DNA of 63,961 nt, the filler included, from Dimargaris cristalligena (lineage: Eukaryota): the NCBI GenBank assembly GCA_003614675.1. It is 4 parts of 4 records of this genome, joined end to end, with 100 filler letters (N's around TTAATTAATTAA, not from the genome) between each part and the next. Parts side by side here need not be neighbours in the genome. Positions count along the whole stretch, not along the records: positions 32,122 to 48,051 come from ML002866.1; positions 48,152 to 63,961 come from ML002869.1; 2 more parts are not named here. One strand, given 5' to 3'. The position numbers and the translations under genes were made by a program. The number at the start of each line of letters is the position of its first letter. Position 1 is the first letter of the stretch. Under the pieces are notes generated by a model. It made no database searches. It had not been told where the DNA came from and worked only from the letters and a program-made list of their open reading frames with translations. Below, in pieces: positions 37,650 to 49,625 of the stretch.

Positions 37650-38483
37650 TTGAATATGTGAAAAGCAATGAAAGAAGGCAGGAGGGAGAGGAACTGGGCG
37701 GAGATGATGAATCAGATCAAAAGGCAAATAAGGGGCAACTCGGGGTATAGTAAGACTGGGTCGGATTACTAAACGGTATAAGAAAGCCACACATACACAC
37801 TCAGGAAAGGTGAGGGGGGGGAAAGGTAGCGAGCGGCAGCAAGTAATCCCTCAGCGGAGCGGAAGTCGCACTTGGGAATCACCAGGCCAATAGATCTTCC
37901 CGCGGCTGAGTTAAACTGGAGGAGACCACTCAGCTGGGCTACTGGTTATAATGCCTAGCCAACATAGAAATAAGCCAATTTGTCTAGATTTATCCATTAA
38001 CGTAGACAATGGTGACCTTTGGTTAGTGATTTATAACTCAGGTCCTATTTTCCGGTCTTATTCGGGGCATGTTGCTGGCTAAAACTCCCCCAACCTATGG
38101 TGTAAACCTGGTATAAATGATTACTACGATCCATAATTTAGGTCTCTCTAGGTACTGTCAAATGGCTGACATTATAGTCCCCCGAAATTTGGTGCATAGT
38201 TCACTACTCGGATTTAAATCTAAAGAATTAAATAGCGATGGCATACGCCAACTCAATAAAGCAGCATCTAAGTCAAGCCCTGATACTATATCTTATTTAA
38301 AAATATATGATCTCTTTATAACCACCAACTAAATAAAACGAGCAAAAATAGGGGTGAAAAAATAAAAGCCTCTGCATTGATCCAGGTTAATTAGTAAAAA
38401 TGTAACTCGCTATACGTAGAGAAGGCCGTGGAACACATTTTGAGAAACCTGGGATCGAAACTCATTGACTAAATGGAAACCCT

Positions 38484-39662
38484 TTAAAAGGACAAGGAAT
38501 CATCCGCTGCATTTTCGTTGATGACCTGTTCCTCACGCTGGGCTTGCTCCTGTTGCTGTTGGTAGTAGGCCTTCTGGCGCAGATACGCTCCTTCCTGGGC
38601 GGCTTTGGAAAAGAGAGCGGCCAATAGTTTGATGCCCGTCACCGAATCATCGTTAGCCGGTATTGGGTACGTGACGCAATGGGGATTGCAGTCCGTGTCT
38701 ACCACCCCAATTGTGGGGATGTTGCTCGCCCGGGCCTCCGCCAGCGCCGGCTTATTTTCCAGCATGTTGAAGAACACCATCAGGTCGGGCTTGAACACAT
38801 GGTTGCGGGTGGCGGGGGGCTGGGAAACGGCCTCTTCCCGGGTGGTTTCAGTGGTTGTGCGGCCGTTGGTCCGTTCGGTCACCACATCCCGGGTCTGAGC
38901 CTCCGTTGCGGGCGCCGTTTGGGCAGTCAGGGACGACGAGGTGGATATGATACCGGCCTCGTTGGACACTTCGACGGCATAGCGCCCTAATACCACCTCC
39001 GAGTTGGTCAACGTACCCGGGAGCCACTTACCATTCACATGGTACTGGCCGCAGGCCGTCGCTGCTTCACCCACTGGGTACACCATGTTAGGCCGCGTGG
39101 CAATGAACAGAATGATACCACCGGCCCGGGCCACCTCCCGAGTCGCATTAAGGGCCCGGCGCAAGTAAGCCACGGTGTGCTCCAGATTGATGATGTACGT
39201 CCCACTGCGTTGGCCGTAAATAAACGGCAGCGTAAAGGGGTTCCAGCGGGACTTGGAATGGCCCAAGTGGAGTCCCGCCGCCAACAGTTCCGCCATGGAC
39301 AGTTCGTTGGGGGCCGGGGGATTCCGGTCGGGCTGGGCGAGACCTCCCGGACGGCGGCGGGATCCGATCCGGCTAAATTCAGGCATAAGGGACTGCAGAC
39401 GACGGGTCAATTCCAAGGGTGAAAGTGGGACCGCGGGCGGACGGACCGGGGGAGCGGCGGGGGTGGCGATCGCATCGAGGGGAGCATCGGGCTGGAATGC
39501 ACCACCGACTGGGAGTGGGTTGAAAGGTTGGGGATCCTGGCCTGGGAGGGAAGGTCCAGCACCGGTAGTGGTGGCCAAGCGGCGCACCGACCAGGTGTTC
39601 AGGCGTACAAGGCCCACTGGCCGCGTAGCTGAAGGGTTAAAGAGCAGCCGGGAGACCGCCAT
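38484..39662 (-). CDS. MRP4: Mitochondrial ribosomal protein S2 (uS2m)
   Basis: Arg-rich presequence. Motifs ELLAAGLHLGH, WNP..PFIYGQRSGTYIINL, KWLPGTLTN, PDLMV, EARASNIPTIGVVDTDCNP, YPIPANDDS. Confidence 0.92.
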   Translation of the reverse strand: MAVSRLLFNPSATRPVGLVRLNTWSVRRLATTTGAGPSLPGQDPQPFNPLPVGGAFQPDAPLDAIATPAAPPVRPPAVPLSPLELTRRLQSLMPEFSRIGSRRRPGGLAQPDRNPPAPNELSMAELLAAGLHLGHSKSRWNPFTLPFIYGQRSGTYIINLEHTVAYLRRALNATREVARAGGIILFIATRPNMVYPVGEAATACGQYHVNGKWLPGTLTNSEVVLGRYAVEVSNEAGIISTSSSLTAQTAPATEAQTRDVVTERTNGRTTTETTREEAVSQPPATRNHVFKPDLMVFFNMLENKPALAEARASNIPTIGVVDTDCNPHCVTYPIPANDDSVTGIKLLAALFSKAAQEGAYLRQKAYYQQQQEQAQREEQVINENAADDSLSF

Positions 39663-41311
39663 AGGGATATATGTATATAAATTAAGCAATGGAGGGGATT
39701 CAGAAGGGGAGAAGGGTTAAATCTAATAAGCAGTTGCACGCACCCTAACCGTAAGACAAAGGAATCTGACCAGGCTCTCGAAGCGACCTTGATCAGAAGG
39801 TGTGGTTCGCCTAATCTACGATTGTCGTGAGTTTGGTATACACACCCAACCTTAGTATCTCTCTCCCTCTCTCATACTAGTTGTATGGGTGGATCAAAGG
39901 GCTCTAATACGCGAAACCCAATCCAGAAGATACTTAGGCAGTAAGTCTGAGAGGGTATTGAAACCAGTCCAACCGAGTCACGTGATCATAGTGCCAATGG
40001 GATCTCCCCGCCTTCGTAACCCCACAATGTCTGGTGGCGTAGCAAAATTGTCGGAATCGTAGTATAGTCGAACCTCATCAAAACGACCTTAAAATCAACA
40101 TTACTGCTGGGACTGCTGCTTACAATTACGAATGCTACTTGGTTACTAATAGTTGTATTCCATTTTTTTATACATATTCCTAATCAGCTTTACGGTGGGA
40201 AAGTACTTCCCCCATATCTGTACTTGAGTCCAGCTTGTTCAACAGGTCACATTAGTCGCCCCCGCCTACCTTATTGGTGAGTGCCTAATAAATGCATATG
40301 AGAGCATAGTTGGTGCAATTTAATGGTGTTGCCATTTTTTGATCGTAAGTTTAGGGCAACTGGGCGGAATTAATCGCCTTACAAGGAATGTGCATCGCTC
40401 TTAAATAAAGCAATATAATATTATACCACAGCGGGCTTTAGTACACTAGTTACATATTGAATAGATTCTAGCAACTATTTTATTTGAATTGAGAGTAAAT
40501 TATGGCATAAATATATATATCGACAGATTTTCGCGTACAATATATTTAAGTATATCAACTATATAATTGGGAAAACACAATGGGGTCGGTTTGCGGAAGA
40601 AGCAATGCCCCTTCTGGATAGTGCATGGCAAAAATAGCTAGAATATCCGCATGGAACATAACATTGTTCTCGTGGAAGAGATACTGCCGAAAGGGGTGCA
40701 TTAGCTATAGGGGGTTTATGTCCATGTCGCAGCAGGGTAATAGGTTCCAGATATTCTAATATTCGGAAAATATACAGTTAGAAAGCTGTGCTTTAAGACA
40801 CGAAAATTATAGGATACCAGTGCCATTATACTAGCGACAATACATCCCGATTATACACCCCCAAAACGATATTATCAGCCACCTCCACCCAACTAGTTCA
40901 TTAATAATGTTTTTAATAAATACACAATTGGCCCTTTTCGGGCCATAACCCATTACAAAGAACGGCCCTGAACTCACCGATTACAGTATCCATGGGTATT
41001 TCTTAACAGCTTGGACACAGCTTATGTTAGCAACCCTAGGTATCCGGTTAATGTTTCCTACATTTAGCACCATATGAAATTCACTTGATAATTCTTCATT
41101 TATAAGCACCGTCTGTCACGGACAAAATTAGCAAGATAAGAAGCCGGGATCGCGTGGTTTTGGTTTTTTGGGGGGAGGAGCATTGAACAATAGAGAAACA
41201 GGGCCCCGGTATTAATATAAATCATGATATATTTAGATAATGCAAAGTAGTGTGACAATAGAAAATATTTCCCCCACTGGAAATAGATAATGCTAGCGTG
41301 GGAGATGGGTA

Positions 41312-42526
41312 TTAATGCTGCCTATGATGGGGGTAGACATCCGATTCAATCTCCGGAATAATATAGCCGTCTTGGGTCCGCATAAATCGCTGGGAATCCC
41401 GGCGTACACTGGGCAACGAAGTTGACGATGCCGTACTGAACGGACGAGTGCGGCTGGGGAAGGATGGGTAAGGGTCGTGCATTTGGGTAAGCTTGGAGTC
41501 GTCATGCACCGTGACAGGCACTGACATGGCGTCCGATTTCTCCCCCTGGCCGCCCAACATTGGTGCACGGGAGGATCGGGGCGTGGAGGTGGAGGTTGAA
41601 GGGGCGGGCGGGGGTTCAACTTTGGGGGGTGGTTGGGTCCAGCTGAGGAGCCAGTGGTACAGAATGGCACAGGTACAGAGGGCCACCAATAAAAGAGGCC
41701 AGAAGAAGCCTAGCATATCGGCCAGACAACCTACCTGGGGCACCCCTGGCAAGGAATTGCGAAGGGCGGGAAAAGCGAACAATAACACCGTGCCAAAGGT
41801 CAACAATTGCGGGGGAATCTCGCGGTTATTGAACACGGTCTGGTACACTAGTATCACCATGGTCAGGGACAATAGCCACATCACAGTAAGAAGGAACCCC
41901 GTGAAAAACAGGGTCAGGGAAGTGCGTCGAATGTCCACGGTTAGAGCGTAGCGGATGTGGCCGCCCTGGGTCGAAGTGAGCACGTCCACGTCAAACTTTA
42001 CATTAGCGACCGTACCGTCCAGGGTAATATTCATAGGGACCGGTGTCCCCGCAGTGGAATCATTGTTACTCGAGACCGCCATACGGAAAGCCATGCGAAT
42101 AGTCCAATAATAGCGATCGTAAGGGAAACTCCGTGGGTTACCCCCGGCCAGGGGCACGGTGAGGTCCAGACCACGCATCGGAATACTGGTGGTGAAGTTA
42201 TAGATCTGCCCTTCGATGATGGCGGTAAGTGGAGCGGTCAAGTCGCCGGCCTCGTCACGGAAGCGACCCTGGGGTTCGAAGGCGAGGTGGACATTGCCAC
42301 GGCGGTTGGGTAGGTCCATGGACAGTACGGAAATCTCCGTGGCGATATGGTCGGTGTCCCGGACGGGGAACTCCCAGGGGGCGCCTTCCCGGGTGATATC
42401 TTGCGAGAAGAGTCCGGCGGAGGTGCCGAGGAGGATACCCACGAGGGCGGCCAGGACAAAACCCAGGATAATGCGGCGGATTAGGGTGTTTTGCCAAAAG
42501 GCGGGCCGGGGTATGTGTAAACCCAT
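41312..42526 (-). CDS. DUF4436-like membrane protein (N-terminal TM, beta-rich ectodomain, three C-terminal TMs)
   Basis: Intronless 404-aa ORF. Motifs GNPRSFPYDRY, DIRRT...LLTVMWLLSL, LLFAFPALRNSLPGVPQVGCLADMLGFFW recognised from memory of this family. Confidence 0.75.
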   Translation of the reverse strand: MGLHIPRPAFWQNTLIRRIILGFVLAALVGILLGTSAGLFSQDITREGAPWEFPVRDTDHIATEISVLSMDLPNRRGNVHLAFEPQGRFRDEAGDLTAPLTAIIEGQIYNFTTSIPMRGLDLTVPLAGGNPRSFPYDRYYWTIRMAFRMAVSSNNDSTAGTPVPMNITLDGTVANVKFDVDVLTSTQGGHIRYALTVDIRRTSLTLFFTGFLLTVMWLLSLTMVILVYQTVFNNREIPPQLLTFGTVLLFAFPALRNSLPGVPQVGCLADMLGFFWPLLLVALCTCAILYHWLLSWTQPPPKVEPPPAPSTSTSTPRSSRAPMLGGQGEKSDAMSVPVTVHDDSKLTQMHDPYPSFPSRTRPFSTASSTSLPSVRRDSQRFMRTQDGYIIPEIESDVYPHHRQH

Positions 42527-43383
42527 GGTGGTGAGGGGGGATCTAACTGTTAGCCTGGGCGGATCGAACTAGATAACTTAGTAAAAAGAAGGGGGTAAAG
42601 ATAAAGAGAGGGATAGTAAGGCGAAAGGGGGGAGCCGGTAGGAGGAACGAAGGGCAAGATGGTGTCCGGCTCAGGCCCTTTTATAGGTCATAGTGGGTGG
42701 ACCAGGCGCAGGGAGAGGATATGGGCCAATTGTCAGGCCAAGACGTGTTGATTGATTAGGACTATTGTTCATCTAGATACTAATTGTCTGTGGGTGCTGA
42801 AGACGAGGCGCGGCTAATAGAATACCCACCCCTTTTCCATTTACACAGGTCCGTTGTCCCACTGGTGGTTTTATTCATGCAGTGCCGTCGTTGTCCAGTC
42901 AGCAATTCATCGAAGAAAGTCCCAAATTCAACCGCCAGAGTGTTGCTCTGTACAAAGGGCATGCATGGATAAGGTTTCTTGGCATTCGGACGAGAACAGG
43001 CTCCGTGGCCCATAGAAAGAGCCAAAGAAGACAACCTAAGAATGGCCTTCCTACCTGACTTATCAAGGCCTATCCGATGTCTGTGGAAATAGCTACTGCC
43101 GTAAGGAGGTATACTTTACATTAAATAACCCCGTCAGCTGTGGGATAATATTTAGCCCGTGGCCCACTTTAACCTCCCCAATATGTCCCACCCGCGTATC
43201 ATCATATCCCGATAATTTATGCGCATACACCCAAACCAACCAACAACCCTAAAAGAGATATACGTAAAAAGCCGCTGGCCCATTCCCACTCTACTTTCAC
43301 CATTCCACATTTACGATTCTCCTCTACCCACTCCGTGTACTCTGCTGTTATAAACCCCTCCTTCTTTACAAGCCATTTCCTGC

Positions 43384-45132
43384 ATGTCGTACTCCGGCTT
43401 AGTGACCCGGGCCAAGGATGCCCTCCGCAAGGAAATTAAAAAAGGTACATTCATATATTCAACCTGGCTGGCCTTACTCACCTTGGGGAGGCCCATGCAA
43501 ACGTATGGACTAGACTGGTCGGAATGCCCTCCCCCCGTTTGAAAGCCACCGATTATGATCCTCTTGCAGCCGGGTTGGGGGCCAAGGAATCCAATTTGTA
43601 CCCCTTCCCAGTAGGTGTACCGAAAATAGTCACCGCCCGGGTTTGCCCCACGGGAAACCTCAGCATAATCGCGTACAAAAAAAACTACAACCCCTCATTG
43701 TATGCTTAACTATTTACACCCACCACCGTCCCTTTAGCCATGAGCCTGGAGCATTTAAAATGGAAGCCCGAAATGGACATGTACAAATTAAACACCGCCG
43801 CTGATGTAGACCGGTGGGTAGTGGGAAGCGATAAGGATATTGGCGGTAAGTGATGTCGTAGAATCCGCCACCACTAATACACTATATATTCCTCGACACT
43901 ACCGAACATTTGGCCCAAGTGGGTTATATGATGCGGCAATTATTAACCCGGCCTGTCCTTATGAAATATCTGGATCCCTCCTGACGCTGTTTACTAGGCT
44001 ATTCGACGGCCAAGCTGGAAATCACCGAGGCAAATACTGGTATGTACTCCTCATCCACGGATATCGTGTCCACATTCTCAGCTGCACCCAACTAATTAGG
44101 CCATGTTTATTAACCTTAAGAAATAATCCAGTACGGATCATCCACAGTCTTATTTACTAATTCATATTGCCTATATGACTGATATATATATATATATATA
44201 TATATGCCTCTACTATCTATAAAACCTTTAACATCTCTCCCCTGTTAGGCCTTTTCCACGGCCATTTATCCCAGGATATCCCCAACGATGCCAAGATCGT
44301 ACGGAGTGGGTATGCCGCCATACGCAGTAAAGTAAGTCTAGAGTTGACGCTCACCCAGTAAACTATGTCAATATACTGCCAATTAATATCCCAAACCCAC
44401 GCACCCTTGCTATTAAATGATTTTTATGTATAGCCCATTTCGTCTAATGATTCGAATGACTATCCCCTAATTTACTGAATCCACCATCCCCATCAACCCC
44501 ACTAGAAAAACGAAAAAGTGATGCTCCAGGAAGCCGCCTGGGATACTGTCCCGTTTCGGTACCTCTCTTTGCGTGTCAAGGGAGACCGTCGCAAGTATCT
44601 GGTCAATATAAGCACCTCAAGTTTTATCAAAACCGATCTTTACCAGCACCGCCTCTTTTTACGGACACCCGGTCAGTGGGAAATCGTACATGTAAGCAGC
44701 CGAATATACTCTTCCGTCAATTGTTTCCCTAATTATTACTTATATCCATTGTTCTCGCCCGAGTTAGGTTCCTTAAATGTGTAATGCAAATGAGGGGAGC
44801 CCTTGGCCAGATCGGCCTAATTCGATAGACCTGTATTGTATCTGCTAGCAAACACACTTACTAAACCATTTGATATATGCCTGTTATCATTTACTATGTT
44901 CCATCATTAGCTTCCCTTCCGCTTCTTTGCCATGACAAACAATGGCTCGTTCGTTTCCCAGCACATTGATATGTACCGGGAAATGGTAGAAACCATCGGT
45001 ATTTCCCTATCCGATAAGCAGCCTGGTCCTTTCCGACTAGAAATCGACTGGATTAAAGCCACTAATACCGAAGACACGGATGGTGATTATGACCGTATGG
45101 ACTATGGTCGGATGAAATTCCGATTTCGCTAA
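43384..45132 (+). CDS. NDUFAF1: Complex I intermediate-associated protein 30 (CIA30/NDUFAF1)
   Basis: Six exons. Motifs WVVGSDKDIGGYSTAKL, FHGHLS, RSGYAAIRS, LRVKGDRRKYLVN, DLYQHRLF, GQWE, TIGISLSDKQPGPFRLEIDWIKA. Confidence 0.93.
44182..44204. repeat. (TA)n microsatellite in an NDUFAF1 intron; similar tracts at ~6727-6745 and ~59589-59609
   Basis: Directly visible AT dinucleotide runs. Confidence 0.9.
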
Positions 45133-46761
45133 TTTCTCGTAATCTCGCCATATTCCACTCTATTACTATCACAGATATTTGCTGAAAAAATAAAATGCCG
45201 AAAGAACCTCTCTATTTTGAATGTACGATGAATAAAGCATGCCACTAGATACTTTGGTGTCTGATCGCTTTCGTAAGGATAGTACCGACTGTTTGAGTTT
45301 CTTTCGTCATCGGATATGATTTTTCGAATGCCCAATAATGAACCCGTTTACTCACCCTATTAATCCTTCCCCAATCGACTGTTTAGTGCGTGTGAATTGG
45401 TTGATAGCCATTCCCAGATCCCAAATTGATCGACATTCGCACATTATATTAAAACGGGTTGGGATACAACTAGTAACATTTATATATAGGTTCAATGCTA
45501 TGTGTAAGTGCCAGTATAATTGTGAGCTTAGTGGGCCTAACCGATTTTATTGGATAGATAACCAGCCCCAATCGCTTTCTCGTTAGGAAGAGCGGAAGAA
45601 TAAACGGCCCCTTATAATCTACACATTGCCTGTGGATAAATTCAAATGCATCGGACCGACCGGCGCTACACCCGACTGACCATGTCCCGATACTGTTGGC
45701 CGGAAGGATGGTTACCAAAACTCTGTGTATTTATTTCTCATTTCGAAATAATTCATTACAAAGGTTCAGTAGAAAATCCCTATGGAAACTAAAAATAGGC
45801 GGACCGATGAAATGTCATAAAAATATGGACTGAGTAGTGTAATGCCATGGAACTAATAACCTCCGCCCTCGGCCAATACCAAACGCGGACCCAATGGCAG
45901 TGGTAAGACAACATATATTAGCAATGTATTGAGCCCATCGTGAATGGACTTTGGCGAATTTTTCGCCCACATGCTAGGATCTTCCCCCTACATAGCTGTC
46001 GGAAAAATTGAGCAGTGGTATTCTATTGGCAGTTGATAACATGGCATTGTTGATGCGCCGTAAATCCGACTCGAAATTAAATATATTCCCATTATTTCCA
46101 ATAGTCTCCCACACCCCCGTTGAATAACTGCCGCGAACATCGCCAAGTCTTTCATGTCCGTACTCCCGAAGTGACGAGGGGGGGAAATAAAGCAGACGGA
46201 GCGCCTGTCAAAATTGGATCGTCGGGTGTTGCTTTGTGAACTTCAAGCGAATCTGGTTAAAACAATGGTACCGATCGAAATTCGCGGATTCAGTTCATTG
46301 TGTGAAGTTGTTCGAAAAACGGCATAATGCCATAATACTATCGCATCTATTTGGAGATGTACTGAACGGGGAATGCTGCCACCTGAGACACGGCGACAAC
46401 CACTGGCTAGTTCAAAAGGCGTACACGATGTGAATGGGATGTGTAACGGTGATAATTAAAACGATTGGAGCACCATATCCTCATCGAGGGGTCGTTAATA
46501 TAACCGGGATTATATTAAATAAATAAAATAAGAACAGCATGAAATTCGGCCCTATTCTCTCAATTTATATAAATACCACCGATATCCACATTATTAGTTT
46601 CATGCCATCATCCACATCGATCACTGCCAATTATATTCTCATACACCTTTTCGTTCGCCTCTGCTCTATTTTTTCAGTATCCAGCGCGTAGTTCAAATAC
46701 TGCCGATACCTCCATACCTACCAACACTGAAGGACAACAACCATCTCTCAGCCCCAACAAT

Positions 46762-47139
46762 ATGCATTTTGCCGTTTTCACACTCGCTGCACTGGCCGTT
46801 GTTTTGCCGGACCTTGTCCACTCACTTGATGGCCACGTTTACTGGACCCCCCTTATCCAGCATCATAAACGTCGTATATTCTCAAAATATAACATTACCG
46901 GGGGAATGAGCATCGCAGAACAAGCGAACGCTCTACAAAACAGTGCAAATAAGCCAGTTCCAAAGACCTCTGTGGCTTCTAATACGAGAGAGGACAAGAT
47001 TGCTGGCCTCCCTAATCGGTCGGGTGACCGAGTCCAGGTCGATACCAGATCCGTTCCATTCAAAGAGGCCCGAATGAAGGTGGGGGCTAAGCTCGGCGAA
47101 AAGGTTCAACAGGCCAAACTGCCAGCTTCCAAAAATTAG
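46762..47139 (+). CDS. Small secreted, basic, cysteine-free protein (125 aa)
   Basis: Signal peptide MHFAVFTLAALAVVLPDLVHS, dibasic HHKRR site, TATAAATA at ~46568 and AATAAA downstream at ~47345. Confidence 0.7.
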   Translation: MHFAVFTLAALAVVLPDLVHSLDGHVYWTPLIQHHKRRIFSKYNITGGMSIAEQANALQNSANKPVPKTSVASNTREDKIAGLPNRSGDRVQVDTRSVPFKEARMKVGAKLGEKVQQAKLPASKN

Positions 47140-48051
47140 TGTGCTTAGAGCTGGCTGGTTAGCCTCCCACATGGAGTCGCACCTGGTCGACCCAGTCCAT
47201 CATCCCAGTGCACTACTTCTCCGACACCAGTCACTAACATTATTAAATTGTATTACCCGCCGCCTGGCCTTCTTTACCAACTTCTCTGGCTATTCCGTTT
47301 ATATCACCATCCTATCTTGCTTGGCTTTTCTCATGCAACGACCCAATAAATACATCACCTATCTGCTCTCCCTATCCTCGACCACGGCTTGATTCTTTAT
47401 TCAGTATTGTAAACACAAGTCTGCTTTATTATCTGAGTGAGATTTGTGCCATTAAAGTCTTGTCAATATATGAAGATTATGTTAATACATCTTGCCTAAC
47501 AGGATTCGGACCCTTCAATATAGCTTGTCTACATTAATTAGGCCTTATTGTGAATTTGTACCTACCAATGGTAGCCCCTTATTGTTTATCTCTCATACCT
47601 GCCAAGTAAGTAAGTGTTGGTTGGGAGTAATCCCAGTGCTGTATCTGGTAGAAGCCTACTTGCACGGAATCTTAGCAGATTGGGAGTGGTTAACCACTAC
47701 AATTTACATACTGATTTCCACCATACTTTTTGGTTTAACCAGTATTTTTGGAATAACTTTTTAGTAATTAGGAATAATTTTATGTTTAGCATTACCTGCA
47801 TTATGTACTGTTTGTTTTTTCTGAATTATTTTGCTGCCATCCAAACCTGGCTAACAAATTTACTGCACTAATTTCTTTCAGGACCTTCAGATTGAAGTAA
47901 GTCAAATGTCAGTAATAATTTTGGGCTAGATAGAATTGCTGATGAAAACAAACATTGTTCCAGGTGTTAATTAATGATGCTGGTAAAGGAATGCAGCCCT
48001 GTTGTGGTCGCAATTAATACCACAAGGTAATATAGCCTGATAACCTTATCA

Positions 48052-48151
48052 NNNNNNNNNNNNNNNNNNNNNNNNNNNNNNNNNNNNNNNNNNNNTTAAT
48101 TAATTAANNNNNNNNNNNNNNNNNNNNNNNNNNNNNNNNNNNNNNNNNNNN
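48052..48151. other. Assembly spacer (N44-TTAATTAATTAA-N44)
   Basis: Same artificial linker. Confidence 0.98.
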
Positions 48152-49064
48152 CCTTGTCAAGTGGGTTTTGTCTTTACATGGCCTGGTTTAACCTTTCTCA
48201 CCGCCCATTATATATTTCTAAAGAATACCGAGCCAAAATGGTGGGGGTGGCGTTTACGTCCTTCATGAAGTTGGTTTATTTAATCTGATTGCGGCTGAAG
48301 GTGGATCCCCCGGTTTAAGTCGACTGCCACTACCCAGTCCATTCGGAAAGCAGATTCCTCTGACCGCCTACACTGAGTACATGTCAGGAATTTACATGGG
48401 CTTGCAGTCCTGTTCGCCGTTTTTTACTATATTGACTTTTTGACTAGTGGTCCATTTGCTATTCGCAACCCATGTCTGACTGGGGTTCAGTCGTCGATGG
48501 GCTCATTGAGCTCCCAAAGGTACGGAACCGAATCCCACCCAAAGTCCTAATTTCCCATTCACTTGCCCAACCACAGCTGGGCTAAATTTCACATGTATTT
48601 ATTTAATAAACAACTGTTTCGAGGAGACTATAAAATCGGGAGGTAATTCAAAAACAATGATGAAAATGCATCCATCTGTTTCGAAGAGTGATTCCTGAAC
48701 AAGTGACGCAAAGTAATCGTAATACGTATTCCAAACATACGCCATGACCATCGTTATATATGCCTTCATAAAAAATTGGTAAATCATTTATTCAGGGCAG
48801 TTACTTCCCGACGGCACGGAAAATTCCACCGTATTCGTCAAGGCTTTCCTGCGACTAGCCGTTATCATCCGACATAATCACTAATTATATGTTGAAGCAT
48901 AGTATCCAACAGTTGGGCAGGTAGCCGAACAAGAAAATTGGACTATGGACCGCCCGATAGTAGTGCGTATAGGTGAAATTCCGACTAGCTGTATAGGGAT
49001 AGAAATACTAAATGTACGAGAAAATAAATGGGAGATTCGGTTTCAACCAGCAGTATTAGCCTTG

Positions 49065-49625
49065 TCAAGTGGGTTTTGTCTTTACATGGCCTGGTTTAAC
49101 CTTTCTCACCGCCCGATAAAAGATATCCGGGAATTTTCCGGTATCCTCATCTTCAAAATAGATATCCTGGGCTCTTTCGGTAATCACATCTCCATTATTA
49201 AAGGTCAGAGTAAGCGTATCAGCGGTTCTGTTTATACCGGTGACTTGGGCTCTGAATGACTCGAAGAGGCTTTCCGGATATACATATCCAATCCTTTCTA
49301 GACTCCGCGATAAAATCAAGGTGCAGAACAACGTATGATTAGTGGCTTCCATGGACATACGTTGCAATGGTCCAAATAGTATTAACAGCCCCATGTATCT
49401 CCCAATGGATTACCTAACCCAGTCAAATATAGCTCATAATTAATGAAGACCATGAAACCATCCGGGGAGGACTGAAAAAGGGTAGAGGGACAATGGCTTT
49501 TGCTTTTAGTGACACAATCGGCAAGTCGCAATATAATATGAGCTTATTGCCTTACGGTTGAGTTTTATGCGCTTCCACTTGCCGGTAACGTGCTGAACTT
49601 CAATATAATTCCGGTCTTTGCTCAT
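49065..49625 (-). CDS. Small hypothetical protein (100 aa), paralog A in tandem unit 1, possible SH3/Tudor-like beta barrel
   Basis: Exons 49625-49556 and 49297-49065 (GTAAGG...CTAG, phase 1) give MSKDRNYIEVQHVTGKWKRIKLNQRIGYVYPESLFESFRAQVTGINRTADTLTLTFNNGDVITERAQDIYF. Upstream TATA-like element at ~49795. Confidence 0.6.
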
